Part shown: positions 60,245-64,000 of the stretch, one piece after another
How the letters are laid out: every line of letters begins with the position of its first letter
Numbering within the stretch: position 1 is the first letter of the stretch
From: an uncultured beta proteobacterium
GTDB lineage: Bacteria > Pseudomonadota > Gammaproteobacteria > Burkholderiales > Casimicrobiaceae
Length of the DNA stretch: 64,000 bases
Reading direction: 5' to 3'
NCBI GenBank assembly: GCA_963734515.1
Contig: CAVTHP010000003.1
Coordinates: forward strand, 183,532-247,531
The notes under the pieces: generated by a model
Seen by the model: the letters and a program-made list of their open reading frames with translations, nothing else
What the model was told of the DNA's origin: nothing
Databases searched by the model: none
Made by a program: the position numbers and the translations under genes

Positions 60245-60267
60245 CTATCCACAAGTTTTGTGGAAAA
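60245..60267. promoter_or_regulatory. Inverted pair of DnaA-box-like 9-mers
   Basis: CTATCCACA and TGTGGAAAA, each one mismatch from TTATCCACA. Confidence 0.5.
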
Positions 60268-60408
60268 CATCGACCAACCGATTGCCGGGGTCGCCCGCAA
60301 AGCCTTATCCGACGCGGTTTTCCGGGGTGTGCCCCGCGCGCACTGGCAATGCGGGCGATGACGCAACATGCCGCGCCGGTTAGAATTCCACGAAGGATCC
60401 GCTTGTTC

Positions 60409-62340
60409 ATGAACAAACCCACCTATGCTGCTTTGCAGCATCCAGCGCATGCTTCGCTGTCCGGCACCTCGGACGAAATGCCGGCCGCGTCCGCTGTCGG
60501 TGCCGGCAAGGCCGTCGGAATTGGCCCACCACCCACAGGATCGAGGCACGCTGGAGGCACGCCGCCCTCGGGATCGAATTTCCTGCGCGCGATCATCGCC
60601 GAGGATAACGCGGAGGGGACCTACGGCGGGCGCGTCGTCACCCGCTTCCCCCCGGAGCCGAACGGGTACCTGCATTTCGGCCACGCCAAGTCGATCATCC
60701 TGAACTTCGGTCTCGCCGCGGAGAATGGCGGCACCTGCCATCTGCGTTTCGACGACACGAATCCTCTCAAGGAGGACGTCGAGTACGAGGATTCGATCGC
60801 CGCGTCGGTGCGCTGGCTGGGCTACGACTGGGGTCCGCACCGCTATCACGCCTCCGACTATTACGATGCGTTGTACGACTTCGCCGAGTGGTTCGTCGGG
60901 CAGGGGCTTGCCTATGTCGACAGCCAGAGCGCCGACCAGGTGCGGGCGACGCGGGGCACGCTGACCCAACCGGGTGTCGCAGGGCCCTATCGCGACCGCA
61001 GCGCCGCCGAGAACCTCGACCTGCTGCGTCGGATGCGGGCGGGCGAGTTTCCCGACGGCGCCCACGTGTTGCGCCTGAAGATCGACATGGCGAGCCCGAA
61101 CCTCAACCTGCGCGACCCGCCGATTTACCGCATTCGCCATGCCAGCCACCACCGCACCGGCGACAAGTGGTGCATCTATCCGCTCTACGACTACACCCAC
61201 TGCATTTCGGACGCGCTCGAACGCGTCACGCATTCGATATGCACGCTCGAATTCCAGGACCACCGGCCGCTCTACGACTGGGTGATCGAAAGGCTCGCCG
61301 ACGGCGGACGCCTCGAGCGCCCGCTGCCGCGCCAGTACGAGTTCGCGCGGCTCAACCTCACGTACGTGGTGCTGTCCAAGCGCAAGCTGATCGAACTGGT
61401 CCGCGATGGCCACGTCGACGGCTGGGACGATCCCCGGATGCCGACGCTGGTGGCCGCGCGTCGGCGCGGCTACACGCGCGAAGGATTCCAGCTGTTCGCC
61501 GAGCGCATCGGCGTCGCCAAATCCGATTCGTGGATCGACATGAGCGTGCTGGAGGACGCCATGCGCGACGACCTGAACGCGCGCACGGTCCGCCGGCTGG
61601 CCGTGCTCGACCCGGTCCGGCTCGTCATCGACAACTATCCGGAAGGGCAGAGCGAGGAGTGCTTCGCGCCCAACCACCCGCAGCATCCGGAACTCGGCAA
61701 GCGGGCGGTGCCGCTGTCGAAGGAGCTGTGGATCGAGCGCGAGGATTTCCAGGAAACACCTCAGAAAGGCTACTTCCGCCTCGCGCCCGGCACCGAGGTC
61801 CGCCTGCGCTACGCGTACATCGTCCGTTGCACCGGTTTCGAGAAGGACGCTGCCGGCAACGTCACCGTCGTCCACTGCAGCTACGATCCCGCGACCCGCA
61901 GCGGGACGCCGGGCGCTGACCAGCGCAAGGTCAAAGGCAACATCCACTGGCTGTCGACTGCGGCTGCGGTGCCGGCCGAGGTGCGCCTCTACGACCGGCT
62001 GTTCGGCGTGCCGTTTCCGGGCGCCCGCAATCCGACCGGCAGCCGGGACGTGGTGCCGTCCGAGGTCGGCCTCGCGCCGGCGCACGCGAGCGTGGTGGCA
62101 GGGGAGGACGACGAGGCGTCGGGCGACGAAGAGCGCAACTACCTCGACGACCTGAATCCCGCCTCGAAGACCGTCATTCGGGCTTTCGTCGAGCCCGCGC
62201 TCGCGGCCGCGCAGCCCGAGGAACATTTCCAGTTCGAACGCCATGGCTATTTCGTCACCGACCTCGTCGATCATCGCGCAGGACAGCCGGTGTTCAACCG
62301 GACGGTGACGCTCAAGGATTCCTGGTCCAAGCCGCGCTAG
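60409..62340 (+). CDS. glnS: Glutamine--tRNA ligase (start uncertain)
   Basis: RFPPEPNGYLHFGH, LSKR, GWDDPRMPT, FQFER. Confidence 0.96.
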   Translation: MNKPTYAALQHPAHASLSGTSDEMPAASAVGAGKAVGIGPPPTGSRHAGGTPPSGSNFLRAIIAEDNAEGTYGGRVVTRFPPEPNGYLHFGHAKSIILNFGLAAENGGTCHLRFDDTNPLKEDVEYEDSIAASVRWLGYDWGPHRYHASDYYDALYDFAEWFVGQGLAYVDSQSADQVRATRGTLTQPGVAGPYRDRSAAENLDLLRRMRAGEFPDGAHVLRLKIDMASPNLNLRDPPIYRIRHASHHRTGDKWCIYPLYDYTHCISDALERVTHSICTLEFQDHRPLYDWVIERLADGGRLERPLPRQYEFARLNLTYVVLSKRKLIELVRDGHVDGWDDPRMPTLVAARRRGYTREGFQLFAERIGVAKSDSWIDMSVLEDAMRDDLNARTVRRLAVLDPVRLVIDNYPEGQSEECFAPNHPQHPELGKRAVPLSKELWIEREDFQETPQKGYFRLAPGTEVRLRYAYIVRCTGFEKDAAGNVTVVHCSYDPATRSGTPGADQRKVKGNIHWLSTAAAVPAEVRLYDRLFGVPFPGARNPTGSRDVVPSEVGLAPAHASVVAGEDDEASGDEERNYLDDLNPASKTVIRAFVEPALAAAQPEEHFQFERHGYFVTDLVDHRAGQPVFNRTVTLKDSWSKPR

Positions 62341-62460
62341 ACCCCGGCCCATCGGCATTCCGGCGCCGAGCGCCCGGCGCCCCCCGCGGTTGCGCCCGCG
62401 ACGCTTGAGATCGCATCTTCCCGCGCTAATATGGGGAAGGTCGTCTTGTCGGGACACGCC

Positions 62461-63345
62461 ATGAAACGCATCTTCCTGTTCATCGCCACCAACCTCGCGG
62501 TGGTCCTCGTCCTGTCGATCGTGCTGAGAGTGCTCGGCCTCGACCAGGCGCTCGCCGCCCAAGGTCTGCAGTACGGGCCGCTGCTCGCGTTCTCGGCGGT
62601 CGTCGGCTTCGTCGGCGCGTTCGTGTCGCTGCTGATGTCCAAGCCGATGGCCAAGTGGTCGACCGGCGCGCGCGTCATCCAGACGCCGTCCGGCGATGCC
62701 GAGTCGTGGCTGGTCGAGACGGTGCGCAAGCTCGCGACCACCGCCGGCGTGGCGATGCCCGAGGTCGCGATCTACGAGGGCGAGCCCAACGCTTTCGCCA
62801 CCGGCGCGTTCAAGAACTCGGCGCTGGTTGCCGTGTCGACCGGCCTGCTGCAGTCGATGAACAAGGAAGAGGCCGAGGCCGTGCTGGGCCACGAGATGGC
62901 CCACGTCGCGAACGGCGACATGGTGACGCTGACGCTGATCCAGGGGGTCGTCAACACCTTCGTCGTGTTCCTGTCGCGCGTCGTCGGGTCGATCGTCGAT
63001 CGCGCGGTGTTCCGCAACGACCAGCGCAGCACCGGCGCCGGCTACTTCATCACCGTCATCGTGTGCCAGATCGTCTTCGGGGTCCTGGCGAGCATGATCG
63101 TCGCGTACTTCTCCCGCCGGCGCGAGTTCCGCGCCGACGCGGGGAGCGCGCGCTTCCTCGGATCGCCGCAGCCGATGATACATGCGCTCGCGCGCCTGGG
63201 CGGGCTCGCCCCCGGCCAGCTGCCGCAGTCGCTGCAGGCGTCGGGCATCACCGGCGGCGGCGGCGTGATGGCGCTGTTCGCGTCGCATCCGCCGATCGAG
63301 GCGCGGATCGCCGCGCTCCAGGGTCGCGCCCCGGGCGCGCAGTAG
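62461..63345 (+). CDS. htpX: Zinc metalloprotease HtpX
   Basis: [32 protein letters not shown]. Confidence 0.95.
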   Translation: MKRIFLFIATNLAVVLVLSIVLRVLGLDQALAAQGLQYGPLLAFSAVVGFVGAFVSLLMSKPMAKWSTGARVIQTPSGDAESWLVETVRKLATTAGVAMPEVAIYEGEPNAFATGAFKNSALVAVSTGLLQSMNKEEAEAVLGHEMAHVANGDMVTLTLIQGVVNTFVVFLSRVVGSIVDRAVFRNDQRSTGAGYFITVIVCQIVFGVLASMIVAYFSRRREFRADAGSARFLGSPQPMIHALARLGGLAPGQLPQSLQASGITGGGGVMALFASHPPIEARIAALQGRAPGAQ

Positions 63346-63398
63346 CTGCAACCGACGACCGCGACAGCATCGCAGCACGAGAGAACAAGGGGCCACGC

Positions 63399-63602
63399 AT
63401 GCGCTACAAGATCGAGGTGCAGGACGATACCGGCATCTGGACCGACGTCCGGAACGACCAGGGCGCGATTCTCACCTTCGACGACGAGGCTGCCGCACGC
63501 GCGGCGCTTGCCGAGCGTTTTCCGATACTCGTGCAGATGGAGAAATACGCGGGCGGCAAGCGTACGCGGGTGATCCGGATCATCGAAGACGAGGACGACT
63601 GA
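63399..63602 (+). CDS. Small hypothetical protein (67 aa)
   Basis: MRYKIEVQDDTGIWTDV; AAGGGG RBS; host-like codon usage. Confidence 0.7.
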   Translation: MRYKIEVQDDTGIWTDVRNDQGAILTFDDEAAARAALAERFPILVQMEKYAGGKRTRVIRIIEDEDD

Positions 63603-63634
63603 GTCCCTCAACCGCCTCGCTCTTGCCCGGCACC

Positions 63635-63720
63635 TTCCGAAAAACCGGGACGGAAAAACCGGGACGCACCACGTTTTAAAACGTGGTGCGTCCCGGTTTT
63701 TCCGTCCCGGTTTTTCGGAA
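63635..63720. repeat. Perfect 86-bp palindrome, family B
   Basis: 43-bp arms with no spacer, centred on GTTTTAAAAC; shares GGGACGCACCACGTTTT with 20722-20784. Confidence 0.95.
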
Positions 63721-63800
63721 AACAAAACGGCCGGTGGGCGCGTTGTGGCGCGCGAACCGGCCGTTGGCGCGCGGATGGTCCGCGCGAGAGGTGCCGCCGC

Positions 63801-64000
63801 TTACTTCAGGTGATTCGAGACGAGCTTCGTCATCTCGAACATCGACACCTTGTTCTTGCCGCCGAACACCGCCCTCAGCTTCTCGTCGGCGTTGATCAGG
63901 CGTCTGTTCACGGCGTCCTGCAGCTTGTTCTTCTTGATGTAATCCCAGATCTTCTTCGTCACTTCGGTGCGCGGCATCGGCATCGCGCCGACGACAGCGG
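63801..64000 (-). CDS. SWIB/MDM2-domain protein (5' part outside the window)
   Basis: PRTEVTKKIWDYIKKNKLQD...INADEKL..VSMFEM. Confidence 0.9.
   Translation of the reverse strand, partial: AVVGAMPMPRTEVTKKIWDYIKKNKLQDAVNRRLINADEKLRAVFGGKNKVSMFEMTKLVSNHLK

Noticed and set aside
60245-60267. Replication origin
   Set aside because: Only two imperfect DnaA boxes, no clear unwinding element and no dnaA/gidA context
60226-63396. Very long antisense ORFs (1056 aa here; also 16047-18536, 21490-23499, 12245-14470)
   Set aside because: Shadow frames of high-GC genes on the opposite strand with no recognisable motifs

Overview
GC-rich betaproteobacterial (Burkholderiales-like) chromosomal window. From about 8.8 kb onward it is mostly housekeeping genes: clsB, ATM1-type ABC, pbpG, recN-nadK/hrcA-hemH-grpE-dnaK-dnaJ, fumarase, acs, purB, secFD-yajC-tgt-queA, tRNA-Leu(CAA), folA, thyA, aroC, xseA, glnS and htpX. 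The accessory part (about 3.3-8.8 kb) is a decaying integron with no integrase gene. It has an attI-like site and six gene cassettes bounded by attC sites, several of them frameshifted. One attC is split by an IS110-family IS1111-attC element. Its non-coding end carries two short segments matching the left and right halves of the insertion site on opposite strands, set in a stem/internal-loop/stem, i.e. a readable bridge/seekRNA target-binding loop programmed for attC. A second highlight is a GlrK-QseG-GlrR-like system followed by two perfect TGTC-N10-GACA sites, a consensus sigma54 promoter, a 52-aa ORF and a terminator, suggesting an uncharacterised target in place of GlmY. The window also holds two families of long intergenic palindromes, a frameshifted queA, an internally deleted dapB-like remnant and an IPTL-CTERM protein inserted between queA and tgt. 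All calls come from reading the sequence by eye; no database searches were run.
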